This document shows positions 40,274 to 64,000 of a stretch of 64,000 bases of DNA, piece after piece. The position numbers were made by a program, and so were the translations under genes. The DNA comes from the human T2T-CHM13v2.0 reference genome, Homo sapiens. The notes below the pieces were generated by a model that saw only the letters and a program-made list of their open reading frames with translations, searched no databases and was not told the origin of the DNA. The stretch is from NCBI RefSeq assembly GCF_009914755.1, contig NC_060932.1; one strand, 5' to 3'. The stretch's first letter is position 1, and each line of letters begins with the position of its first letter.

Positions 40274-40403
40274 ATGCTTGGTCTCTCAAGTCACCTGCTT
40301 GTCCCTCTTCCAAGTGTACTTTCCTTCCTTTTTTTCTTTCCTTACTGTTCTAAAGATTTTAAAGAAACTTCCACTCCTGCTCTGAAAAATAAATAAATAA
40401 AAA
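40274..40403 (+). mobile_element. MER50-like LTR fragment with A-rich tail
   Basis: CCCTCTTCCAAGTGTACTTTCCTTCC...ACTTCCACTCCTGCTCTGAAAA followed by (TAAA)n. Confidence 0.6.
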
Positions 40404-40405
40404 CA

Positions 40406-43424
<3,019 letters not shown>

Positions 43425-44942
43425 GCGTGGGGGGACATCACACTGTTCTTTTCATTCAGGGTCAAGGAGCACAGCAAGACATTTCTGAGGCTGTCCCATG
43501 TACGGGTCTCAGAGACAGATATCTAAGATATTTGGTTTGAGGCATTTTAATTATTTTTGCTTGCTTACAGATGGCTATCTTTATTGGTTACAAGTAACGA
43601 GAATGTTTCCTGCTTTTCTGAACAAAGGTAGCAACTCCATAGACATCAGAACTATTTTTAAGTGTTTTTTTTGTAAAAGCAATATCCATCCATTGTATAA
43701 AATTTAGAAAACACAGATAAACCAAAAGAAGAGAGTAAAAAGTTTCCTCAACCCCAAGACAAAGAGTAATTACTGTTTGTGTTTTGGTTTGGATCTTTTG
43801 GCAAACATTTGGTACAATTTTAGTTTATATCTTTCCAGTCTTTTCAACTCTGGCTTTATAAGTTACCCCCAACCACAAAATGAGGTCTTTCAAGACATAC
43901 AGTTTTAGAGCTTTTGTTTTTTTTTCACTTAATCCTTTTCCTTTTTCTCCTTATTCTGCTTTCATAGGTAAAATGAGACAAACTCTTTGATCTACTGACA
44001 CCTCTACTGTATCATTTCTCTATATAATGAAAAAGATAATAATAGAAGGATTAACAATAGATAGAAAAATGACTTAGGAACTACAGGAGAAAAAAGAATG
44101 AAAATATGATTAAGATCACTCTTTGGCTGAAAGTAAATTATGCCAGTGAAATGATTTTGCTCAAATTATATATCAGTTATTATGATTATTAGTTACCTTT
44201 CTCTGAGCACTTACCATCTTCCAGAGAACCATTTTACGTAAACTACTTTGTTCAATCTTCACACCTACCCACAGATTAGCTAATGGTATTAGCAGTAGTA
44301 ATAATAGTAGAATGCTGATTTTCAGATTAAAAAACTAAAGCAGAAAGAGGTGAGCTTGTCCCAGTCACATTGTTTAAAAGTGGCAGGGCCAGAAATTGAA
44401 TCCAGGCTCTCTAAGCCTAAACTCTTTGCAGCAATTTTTATTATTTATTTTAAATTTACTTCATTTGAGTTATCAGCCACTAATGTATGCTGTTTCCTGT
44501 AAAGACAATGTTTTACCCATGCCCGCAGGCTCTTCAGAGTGATACTAAATGATTGTGTTTTACACAAGAGATCAAACCAGGTCCTGCAATGTCACTCAGC
44601 ACGGGGCTCTAACTCAAGTGGCAGGCGTCCCTGACCTGACAGAAGAAGGTTCTGTAGGGGTCAAACTTGATGCCCAGAAAGTTCCTATATTCAGCCTTCC
44701 CCACTAACACTGGCCTGGCCTCTCCCAGCAGCCTGGCCTGGGCCTGTCAAACTCCAGTGTACTTGCTCTGAATCCCTCCTCTCCACAGACCCCAACGATT
44801 AGCCATAAAATGAGCTCACAAAGGCATTTACACTAGAATCATAAATCTGAATAATATTTGTAAAAGGGCTGCTTTGAGAGGTTCTACTCAGTATCGGGTT
44901 CTGCTGGCAGACCAAGCCCTGGCAATCACACATTCGTGCTAA

Positions 44943-46781
<1,839 letters not shown>

Positions 46782-46959
46782 TCATCTAAACTGTCCTACC
46801 AGATGTTTAAGTCCCCTCTACAATATCAATTTCAGCTGTTGCTTGAATGGAGAGCATTTTGAGGTAGGAATTTGCTCAGTGCTAGAAATATTTGTTCCCA
46901 AAAATAGAGTATCATAACACACTTGGCCTAATTTAAAAATACATATTTTTGACTTTTGA

Positions 46960-47330
46960 AAATAAATCAGTGCTCTACTATTAAAAAAACAAGAAGAAAA
47001 TCGTGCTCCTTGCAACAACATGGATGTAGCTGGAAGCCGTTATCCTAAGCAAATTAATGCAGGAACAGAAAACAAACTACCACATGTTCTCACTTGTAGA
47101 TGGGAGGTAAACATCAGGTCCACACAGACACAAAGCTGGGAACAACAAACACTGGAGGCTCCAAAAGGAGCGGGGGTTGGAAACCTACCTTTCGCGCAGC
47201 GCGTTTGCTACTTGAACGACGGGACCATCAGAAGCCCAGACCTCAGCACCATGCAATATACTCCGTCTAACAGAGCTGCGCAGATACCCCCCCCAATCCA
47301 AAATTAAAATGAAAAGATAAATAAATGAAA
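46960..47330 (+). mobile_element. L1PB/L1MA 3' end fragment, unusually CpG-rich
   Basis: TTGCAACAACATGGATG...ATCCTAAGC...ATGTTCTCACTTGT...ACCTCAGCACCATGCAATATAC, with an A-rich end. Confidence 0.8.
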
Positions 47331-48409
47331 ATTAGGAATGTTTGATTCCCACTGAGCAGTATCTTTGTATTTGAGAGTTAAAAGACAGAAATAGCTCTTT
47401 TCTCGACAGTACAACTGGAAATAACCCAACCAAGCCTTTTTTGAATGCACAGGGCTTTTGAGGAATGCTTTTTCAGAGTTGTTTTGTTTCTGCTTTTGGT
47501 GCTTTTTGGCTCCTCTTCCTCAGTTGCGAGGATACCATGTGAATTAAGACGGCGATGTCCCCCAGCTCTGAAGCAGTCACAGTGGAGCCCTCTGGAAACC
47601 CTATCGGAGTAAAAGGTCCTATAAAGAAGATTTTGTTTCTTCAACAGAAATGAGAACCGTAGCTCCATGGCCGGAGAATAAAGGAAAGGCGTTTTCAGCC
47701 ATGCCAGTGTGCACTGTAAATAAGAATGTGGCTGGGTACGTCCTGCCTGCTGAGCTTGTCTTACTATTCAACTATCGGACTTTGATTTTGGTTAAGTAAA
47801 CATGAACTTGGGGACAACCAGCTTTTCTGCATCTCTAGTCAGGGAGTTGTAGGCGCAAGGTTGAGCTGGTGGCTCTGGCAGTGAGCTGGCCAAGCGAGGT
47901 GGCCTGGTTTTCAGCCAAGAAAGGAGAGAATGAATATATAGTGGATACCTATGGCGGATCTGGCACTGTGGATGGGCTGTGGGTCCCACAGTAGATGTCT
48001 CTGTGCTCACACAGTCTTACAGGGAAGCCAGACATTCAGGAAGAAAGAACACAAGTGGATTCGATTCCAAGCGTGATCCACTCTAGGAAGGGCAAGCACA
48101 GAGAAAAAGGTTGCCTCTTGAAAGGGAGACAATGGAGTGAGGCCTGAGTCTGCTGTTTCCACATAAATCTTATGGAACTAGTTGATTCTTTAACCTGTAT
48201 ACAACTACAGTCTTGATAAAAAATTTTAAAATGAAAAATAAAATCAAGTGAGGGGTGGGACTAGATAACCTCTGTGCTTTATCAGAATTTCTAAGATAAT
48301 CTTAGATCTGAAATTCTAAGATACTGCCTGTTGTGCTAATGCTTTGGGAAGAACTGGTTAACAGCTAAACACCCTGAAAATACTGGAGTTTACCTCCCCT
48401 CTCCCCACC

Positions 48410-49315
<906 letters not shown>

Positions 49316-49693
49316 TGAGACATCCTGAATAAAAAGGGGAAATGTACTTAGTGTACAGGGGTTCTTTTAAGAACTGTAGGACAGGATATATATAGTTGGG
49401 TCTTGAGAAGGGATGGATCTTGAAACTGGAAAGTTTCTGAAACTCTCTATATCTCTTTTCTCTGCACATCTGCTAATCCGTTTTCCCTTCTTCCCAAAAT
49501 AACCTGGCAGAGTATAGTCACTGTGTAACTCTTGCCCTTCTCCATCCTCGTTTTCATGTTACCTGTAACAGTTCCAGCCTTAGAGAGTGATTCAGTCTGC
49601 TAGTAACCTGGTTTGAAGTTCCTGGGAAAGAGAATTTGATTTGTCCATGCCTGGTCTAATCAGCAGAGAATGTGGCCATCCTACATGAATATG

Positions 49694-49751
49694 CATGTGT
49701 GTGTGTGTGTGTGTGTGTGGTGTATATGTGTGTGTGTGGTGTGTGTGTGTA
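49694..49751. repeat. Imperfect (TG)n microsatellite
   Basis: Direct inspection. Confidence 0.9.
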
Positions 49752-50262
49752 GCAGTTCCATGAGAAAAAGAAAAGGTAGGGCCATGTGCTCACAGGCTTT
49801 ACTAAGTCTGACCTGCTAGGACATAGCACCCTGGAGTTCACTTCCCCTTTCTATTCCTACTTTACAGGACTAAAAAATAAATTTGTGATAATAACAAAAT
49901 ATCATTAAAGAAGCAAAACAAAAACGTTTAAATTATATGTACAGTGGCCTTTTGAAATACGTATTAGTCTAATTTTTGGTTGCATATGTCAGAAACTAAA
50001 CTCAATGTAACTCAAGCAAAAAGAAAATTGACATTCATGCAAACTGGGAAATACAGATGTGATCTGACATCATGCATACATGAATCTGGGATCTCAAATA
50101 ATATCTTCGGGGCTTTGCCTCTCTCTTATCACTTCTCATTTCTGCCTTCCTCTCCACGTTGGTCTCAATTGCTTCTTCTATAGATGGCTGTTTCCATGAG
50201 GCTGGGAAAGATGACTACAAGTAGTTCCGGTTTGCCAGCAGTTACAGCCACTCATTCCGGGA

Positions 50263-51170
50263 ACAGTGCTTCTTCGTGTGTGGAAGGGGAGGTCAGTAGC
50301 ACCCCCTGAAGAGCATTTTGGGAATTTGTGGGGATGGTTTTTGTCGTCACAATGATGGTGGAAAGCTACTGCTTAAATTTTATGCTAGACTTGCTGTGAA
50401 GCATGGAATAGTCCTACACAAAGAATTATCCTGTGTCTCACACAAATTTATAATGTCCAACTGGACATCTATGTGGGTGGAAAGCCTATTTGTAATTAAT
50501 TGAGCCTAAACTTAACGCTATTTTATATATAAAGTATTTATTGCACAGTTTTAATATACATTGAGTTGTCCATACATACTACCTTGTGTAAAACAAAGGA
50601 AAGTTTTCTTTTGTTTGAAATTTTGCCAAGGGCTGTTCATGATTTCACTGTTTCAGAAACCACATCGCCGATGGCAATGCCACTTCCGGTGTTGGAGGTA
50701 TCACACAGCACACCTGCATATGGCTTCATCTGTGGCTGTCACACTCACGGTAATTCTACATGTTTGAGCAAGCATCCGACTCCCTCATTGTGTCTTCTAG
50801 TGTGGGCATAACCATGCATTTACTTATTGATGCATTATTATTTTATTATATGCTATTTTAGAAATGATTTTATTTTATTATACGCTATTTTAATTTCTCT
50901 TTTCTACTACAGTTAGGGCATCATATTGATTTTTTTTTTTTTTTTTTTTTTGGTATAGACAGTGTCTTTTTTCTGTTGCCCAGGCTGGTCTTGAACTCCT
51001 GGCTTCAAGCCATCCTCCCACCCCCAAAGTGCTGGCATTACATGTGTGAGCCACTGCACCCTGCCTGAGGTTTTAAATAACATGTACATTATCTATTACC
51101 TTTCAGTATATTAAAAGGATAATAAAGTATTTGTTTATAAGAAGAAAGTGTTAGATTTTAGAACCACTGT
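50263..51170 (+). mobile_element. MER20B-like hAT-Charlie element with FLAM insertion (-50928-51066)
   Basis: Termini CAGTGCTTCT / AGAACCACTG; internal TTTGTCGTCACAATGA and AAGAATTATCCTG; flanked by MLT1-like fragments. Confidence 0.6.
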
Positions 51171-52665
51171 CTTAGAGGAAGAGGGCTGTGTACTCCCTCC
51201 TAATGAGCATCACCTTGCCAACTTGCAAGATTGACCCAGATGGTCTAGCGTGGGTCATAGTCCACCCCTGAACCCAAGGGGTGACCAAGAAAGGAAGTGC
51301 TCCTGGCTAGCTTGGTTAGTGGGGCACCCTTGGGAAAGGGGTAAGAAGGGAGGCAGAACAGGCAGGACCCCAAGATACATAGCTTCTCAGGGCGGCATGG
51401 AGTGGGGAGGGGCTCCACAAAGGGAAAATGGGGTGCTGTTACTACATGAAGGCAGAAGGGAAGCTGGACAGGCTAAAGCGACAATTATGGACAAAAAAAT
51501 TTAAAAAAAAATATTCATGACTTAGAAACCTAAGAAACGGAAAAGTGTTGACGAAACATTCCCTGCTATAGCCTGCAGGGCTTACAGAACAAGTCCACTA
51601 CAAATCCAATTGCTAAGGATGGAGAGAAACAGAAAATGATCATTGAAATGCAGAAAACTGCAAGAGAAAAAGCCAGGATCCCCTCTAAACAACATCGATG
51701 ATGCAACATAACAAAGCTTCCTGCCTAAGATTGGCAGGAATTCCAGCTATGCTGTGCACAGCGGGAGATGGCCACGCCAGAGAGCTGGGCTTGGCAGCCA
51801 AGCTCCTCGGCTGAATGTTGAATCAGTCCCCAGGACTCCGCTAGTGGAGCACTAATTTTGGTAATCCCTGACTGCATATAAGCAGTTGTACATAATAATG
51901 GCACTCCAGGGAATTGTATCCACTCACTTGGAAGAACCAAGCAAAGGATTTGCATTGTTCTCATCAACTGGTTGCCCATCTGGACATCCTCCTTGTGGGC
52001 TGAACTCTATATTTTTTTATAGAAACAAAGCCTTAGGAGAGCTCCATAAATATCACTTCTTTCAGTTGGGTTGTGCCTGGAGCTAGGGAGTGAACAACTG
52101 AGCCTAGAATATTGATATTCTAATTTGCTGATGGAGGGGCTGTACGGGTTAATCATTATTTTTTCTTTATTCAATAAACATTTATACAGCATATTCCATG
52201 GCCTGGTACAGGACCGAGTGATACAAAGACTTGAGACTCATAGCTAGTGTGAGATCATGATCCATAAGCAGAAGTGCTGGATGACACCATGGGCTCATTC
52301 CCCATTCACTCCACCCCATGCATTGCTGCCCTCTTCTTCTTGGGCCTATCAAGCTGACTCCTGCCTCAGGCCCTGGTTTTTGGCTGTTTTCTCATCCCTA
52401 GATAGTTTATGAGTCCATTCCTCTCTTCCTTCAGGTCTCTGCGTAACTGCCACCTCCACAAAGAGGCCTTCCCTTCCCTAAACACCCCAGCTAAAAGAAC
52501 CCCTCTCACTTCCCCTCCCAACCCTTATTCTCTTATTCGTGCCTGTTTTATCCCCTAACCTAGTTTGATTTTTCATCAAAAGAGTCTCATTAATAAAGCT
52601 GGAGAAGAAAATATTATCAATATCTTATGTTAAAATAATGGTTACTTCTTACTAAATATTTTCTA

Positions 52666-54183
<1,518 letters not shown>

Positions 54184-54336
54184 TTATCTATTGACTTCGT
54201 TTGACTGCCAACCACCTCCCCTCTAGAATACAATCTCCAACAGGACAGAGATTTGTCTACTCCACTGCTATACCCCCAGTGCCTTGGGGAGTGGCTGGCA
54301 CAGAGCCAGCACTCAACAAACCCTAGAGGAATGAAT

Positions 54337-55381
54337 GGATAGTGGCAGGAGGCAGACAAATCCTAGGCAGACAGGGATGGGTTCCCAGTGGAACCCCACC
54401 TTCAAGCCGAGGACAGTTTAAAGCCCAGCCATAAGTCCCAGATAAATCCACGGACTGGATTGAGAACCTTTCTTCTTGTTTGGCACACTTTCCTCTGATT
54501 GATCCCCACTCTTCACCTATTTTACATATGCCTGCCCTTCCCTAATTAGTTTATTACACTGTTGTGCCCACCTTTGAGTGGCACTTTTGTTTTAGCCTTT
54601 TTTGCATACTCACAAACCAATCAGCATGCAGTCCCCAATTCTTAGCCCATAAAAGCCCCGGACCCAGCCACACTGAGAGAGAGACCACCTGACTTCAGGT
54701 GGTGGACCACCCTCATGTCCCCTCTCCACTGAGAGCTGTTTTGTCACTCAATAAAACTCTTCTCTGCCCTCCTCACCATCCAGTTGTCAGTGTAATCTCA
54801 TTCTTCTTGGATGCGGGACAAGAGCTTAAGACCCACCAAACACAGATATGAAGAAGTCTGTAACACTATAACCCTCCTGGCCTCTGCTGGCAGAGGGTAG
54901 CTGCCCCACATGGCAGGAAGCAGTGGTGGGTCTGGGCCAGTCCCAGAGCCTAGGACCGGAGTGGAGCAACAGGACTGACAGAGCTGTTAACACACCCCCG
55001 TTCATCGGGCCATGGATGGCAGGACAAAAGAGCTATTAGCATGCTGTAACACCCACTCTAGGGCTTCAGGGTCATGGGCATCCCTGTTTGGGTGCCACTG
55101 CATTCCCCTTGTCTAGACGTTGGAGTCCACCGCAACACGCCTGGTCCAGTCACAAGCCCTGCACAGAGCCCACTCCTGTGCCAGTGCTTGGAGCAGCTGG
55201 CCGGACCACACACTCACTCACATGTTCGCTCCTGCTGCAGGCTGAGTGTGCAGTTGTGGAGGCTGCAGGATCCACCCCAAAGCGCAAGTCAGGTGCAGTC
55301 CAGCAGGCCAAGTGAGCAGGGACACTGCCAGCTGTGGAGGTCTCCAGCTGGCAAAGCAGCATTAAAAAACATCCTGCATCA
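54337..55381 (+). mobile_element. ERV1 solo LTR, LTR28/LTR27-like (about 1.05 kb)
   Basis: GATAGTGGCAGGAGGCAGACAAATCCTAGGCAGACAGGG start; CCAAT (about 54617), CCCATAAAAG TATA-like (about 54646), AATAAA (about 54750); ends ATCCTGCATCA. Confidence 0.8.
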
Positions 55382-55524
55382 TTTCGACATTGGTAAATAT
55401 TCCTGCCCTGGCCCCTGAGGTACTCCAAGACCCTAAAGAGTTCTCTGAATTGCCACATGATCAAGACTTGGGAAGCTGTGGCCTCACACTTAACAAGAGT
55501 AGCACTTTCTACCAACAGATCTCA

Positions 55525-55690
55525 AGGCTGGCTGCACACTGGCATCACCTGGAAGCTGTTAAAATGCCAATGCCTTGGCCTCACCCTAGATCAATCAAAT
55601 CAGCATCTCTGGGTGGGACACCAGTCTCAATGTTCACAGAGCTCGATTGTTGATTCCACTGTGCAGCCAAGTTTAAGAACCATGTTCATA
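55525..55690. mobile_element. MER5A-like hAT MITE
   Basis: GGCTGCACACTGGCATCACCTGG...AATCAGCATCTCTGGG...TGCAGCCAAGTTTAAGAACC. Confidence 0.7.
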
Positions 55691-56559
55691 GTTGAATCCC
55701 ATCAAGTGGTAAAGCAACCTGAGTGGAGTTATAAAATATTGTCTCCTCAAATCTGGGGATAAAGTCAACAAAAATTACACAAGAATTAAGCAATGAGTAT
55801 TTGAGTAATTTAAATTTGGGGACTGTTAAACCCCAACCCACCATAACCTTCTGGGAGAGCAAGAAATCCTTTCCTGTAGGCTCAACTTGTTCCTCCTTGT
55901 CATTAAAAAAATCAAACCAAAACAAAAACACACAAAACTCTGCTTAGATCTCTGTATCTTCAGAACTTGTGTCCTGGCCAAAACTATCTGATTGGTCAGT
56001 TATCTTAGCCCAGTCAATAGAAGGTACCCTCTAGTTTGCCTGGGATGTTTCCTTCCTGGGTATGTGACTTTACCCCTGGAAACTCTTAGACTTAATCTTA
56101 GAGATGATAAAATTAAATCCATTGTATCAATGTTTTTGTGTTACATTTAGAAGTGGTCTGTGTAATATTTATCAATAGGCACCTACAATGATACAATGTT
56201 TGTGATGTTTGAGAGGACTTGGCATGGTAGAGTATGCAACATATTAGCCTTGTGAGTCCAATGTAAAATGTGTAATTGAGTATTCAATTGTAGACTTTAG
56301 ATTTTAAGTTGAAAAATAAAATAGCATTTTTTCAAGTTTATTAACAATATTGTAATGTTTGAGATAACTGGCAAATCACTGTTGTTACTCATTTACTTCA
56401 TTAGCTTTCCTACGGTGGCTTAAGTATTTGGGGAACGTTTTGCTTCTTAGTCTGGCATTCGAGGAGCTTAAAGTTAAATACGTTTAATGTGTAAACACAG
56501 CTTAAGATATTAATATTTACAGGACTTGAACTGTGTTGTAGAAGGGGGCCAGTGTTTGC

Positions 56560-57160
56560 TTTGGAGACACCCTGGACTCTCTCTCTCCCTCACGTACTCC
56601 ATAACTCATCCATTGACAAAGCCTGTTGGCTTTTCCTTTAAAATATATCCAGAATTTCACCCCCTTTCACCTTCTCCTACACTCACCCTGGTGTAACCAC
56701 CATTCTCTCTCACCTGGATTAATAACATAGACTCCAACTGGTCCCTCTGCTTCTATCCTTTTCCCCTCCTATAAGCCAGGCCATGTCACTCCTACCCATC
56801 TTCCAGCAGTTCATATGGGGTAGTAACTCACCCTGCTCCCATCCTTTTCTGACCTCATCTCTTCCCGCTCCCCATTCCTTGGGGGCAGTCACTCTGGACT
56901 TGCCTGAAGCAAGCACATCCCCACTCTAGGGCCTCTGCACTGGCTGCTCTCTCTGCCTAATGTTCTTTCCCCTGGTGGCCACATGGCTCATCCCTCACTT
57001 TCTTCAGGCCTCTGTTAAAATGTCACCTCCTCTGAGATGCCTTTTCTGAACATCCTATGCAAACCCCTCCATGCCCTCCTCTCACCCCTTCAATCCTGCC
57101 CCGCTTACCCTACTATTCTTCTATAGAGCACTTATTGCCATCTAACAGATTATATACTGA
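56560..57160 (-). mobile_element. L2 fragment
   Basis: Pyrimidine-rich L2 text (AAAATATATCCAGAAT...CTCACCTGGATTA...AAATGTCACCTCCTCTGAGA). Confidence 0.7.
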
Positions 57161-57277
57161 ACATCAGAGGCATCCAAAAAAGTCACACTGACATGACAAT
57201 GGGAAATCATATTACATTTAGAATGATGTCAGCATTAATTGTTTTATATATATATAAAATATATGTAATATATATAT

Positions 57278-58770
<1,493 letters not shown>

Positions 58771-58859
58771 AAGGCCGGAGGTTTGAAAGGTTGGAAGTTG
58801 TCTAGATGTGGTTCAGCTGGAAGAAGGAAGAATAAGGACCCTCAGGGCTCCCCAGACTC

Positions 58860-60570
<1,711 letters not shown>

Positions 60571-61039
60571 AGCCTCCTCTAACTCTGTGGGTGGCTCAGA
60601 CTGAGTGACTATAATTTGTTTTTTTTCCATCAACCCTTGCCTGCTAGTCAGAAGAGGAAAGAGGAGCATGAATTAATGAAGACCAGCAAGTTTCCCCATT
60701 GAGACAGTAATGGAGTTGTCATTTGTCTATGTCCAGGAGTTGTTTTTCATCTTCTGGTGTCTAGCAATGGAATGGAAAATTCCACAAATTATGAATTGGC
60801 AAGCAATGCCCCCCTGTGGACTGTCACAATAAGAAGTCCCAGTGTTTACATTGCTTTTAGATCTTTTAACCAAGTATCTTTCCTGCCTGCATCATTTTAT
60901 CTTCAGTTCATCTGTCTTAGAATCCGGATAGAGAGCATATGTTAGGTCTTGGAAAGTACAAGAGGAGAGAAAGCACTTTGAAAGGTGACATTCCCAGAAC
61001 TGGTGAAAGTTCAGGAACAGATTTCTTGAAGGTAAGTGA

Positions 61040-62390
<1,351 letters not shown>

Positions 62391-63264
62391 CGTATTAGCA
62401 CTTTTAAATAGCATGTATACATTTTAGCAGGGGTCTTCCAGCAATCAAACCATAAACCCCAAACTGAATCCCTAATGCTGGGATTTCAAGAGCTATGTCT
62501 CATGGGGGTGAAACAGTATGATCTGGGCCTGGGACTTTCCAGGTGGACTGCAAAGTATCACCTGGGCATATGGTAACACTTACTTCAATTTGCAGAATGC
62601 TTCTCTGCTGGGGAGTTTATGTATTTTATCTCTGTTAATCCTCCTGATTACCCACAAGGGCATGATTATCCCCATTTTACAGCAGAGGAAACGACGTAAG
62701 CCCGAGTGGTGGTGAGCAGCCGAGCCGACATTCACACGCAGGTCTTCCTGGCTCCGAAGCTTGTGCTCCTGGGCGTGCTGCCTGGCCCCTCAAGCAGCCT
62801 TTCAGGAGTGAGCTCCGTCAGAGGTCTGGGCACTTTCTTTCTTTCCATTTATGTCTATGCCACACTCCCTAACAAACTATGTTATAAACCTCTGCAGGGG
62901 ACTGAAGCTTATTCACTGTTTCCTATAGCATCTGTGTTGCTCATAGGTGCACAAGGCATGTGTGATGCATCACCGGATGGCTGCTTAGACATGTGGCTGC
63001 TTGTTTGTTGCAGACATGTACTCTGCATTCAAATGAAATATTTCCGCCATGCCACAAATGCTTGCCAGCAGGTTAGGAACACCTTTCCTATGGCAGATAG
63101 CAATGGGCATCTGTGCGGTCTAATTGTAGTAGGCAAAGTTAGCCACATCAGATACAATTTTAAATTCACCTTTAGGACAATTTTTTCCCTAATGTCCTAA
63201 CCTAATGTCTCTCCAGTCCTGGATCTCTAGGCCCAGACTACTGGGTTAACTTGCCTTAGCCAGA

Positions 63265-63960
63265 GATCTTTATTTTGTGAGTGACAAAACCCGAACTCAA
63301 ACAAGCTTGCATAAACTGGAGAGCTATTGGCTTTCACAACTGGGAATGACTTGGGAGGCTTGGAGAACTGAAGGAAGAGTTCCTGACCCCAGGGACCTGG
63401 GGATGGAAATGAGGGACCCTACCTGGCAGGACCTTCTCTCCTCTCCACTTGCCAGGTTTTATTTTGTAGACAGGTGACCACATAAGGCAGGAAAGATAGT
63501 CATCTGCAACCCAAAACCTGCCTCCTTGTATCTTAGGATCCCAGAGGAAAGGAGAACAACTCTCCTCCCACTTTGATTTGGGAAATTTGGGGGAAAGGCT
63601 CCAGTTGGCCTGATTTATGTTGGATGCCCACCTCTTGGACCAGTTCATTCACTGTCAATCATTCAACAAATATGAGCAAAAAATGATACTGGGCCTAGCC
63701 CCATGGAGTTCATAATCACTGGGGAGACAAACATAAATCAATTAGCCAGCAAGTGTGAAGCTGCACTGTGGCGAGTGCTTTGCAAAGGAGATAGGTGGTA
63801 CCTGGAGAGTATACATGGAGGATTTGACCTTGGAGGTTGGGAAAAGCTTCCCTAAGGAAATGATGCTTGCACTAAGACAAAAAGGATGAGTTACCTAGGT
63901 GGAGGGTTAGGGAAAGGGCATTTTGGATGGAAGAATCGCTATGCACAAAGCACTATGTTA
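63265..63960. mobile_element. Old MLT1-like LTR fragment (about 63265-63645) followed by L2 3' fragment
   Basis: GTGAGTGACAAAACCCGAACTCAAACAAGCTT (MLT1J/K-like); CATTCAACAAATAT...CCCATGGAGTTCA...GGGGAGACA (L2). Confidence 0.55.
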
Positions 63961-64000
63961 GTTAATACCAAAAACTGGGGCTGCAAGAATGTCTAGTAGC

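Noticed and set aside
55074-55515. Overlapping 75-121-aa ORFs at the LTR 3' end
   Set aside because: GC-rich LTR sequence with no gag/pol/env similarity and no internal proviral region following.
62706-63200. 164-aa plus-strand ORF
   Set aside because: Non-ATG start inside a MIR, no recognisable domain and no supporting splice structure.

Overview
Primate (very probably human) genomic DNA that is rich in repeats: about 55 Alu copies or fragments covering roughly one fifth of the window, plus L1, L2, MIR, MaLR/ERV1 LTRs and hAT/Tigger DNA-transposon relics. The only protein-coding gene I can support is the 5' half of sorting nexin 31 (SNX31; PX-FERM family with SNX17/SNX27) on the minus strand. 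Its CpG-island promoter is at about 33.0-33.9 kb. Coding exons 1-5 (33561-33496, 33395-33321, 20056-19942, 14436-14372, 1775-1665) splice through GT-AG introns into 144 uninterrupted codons covering the PX domain and the start of the FERM-like domain; the gene continues off the left edge. The right 30 kb is upstream/intergenic. I see no CRISPR array, operon or new multi-gene system. The most interesting signals are: (i) a candidate MER21-LTR-driven first exon encoding 8 aa, with a GC donor in frame with exon 5, which would give a PX-less SNX31; (ii) a CpG-rich L1 relic at 47.2 kb with a strong donor that could be a far-upstream first exon; (iii) a perfect 35-bp inverted repeat abutting an 18-bp palindrome at 9.3-9.5 kb; (iv) a fold-back Alu hairpin; and (v) phase-0 exon blocks flanked by inverted Alus that would circularise into stop-free ORFs. 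Repeat subfamily names are from memory of consensus sequences and repeat boundaries are approximate.
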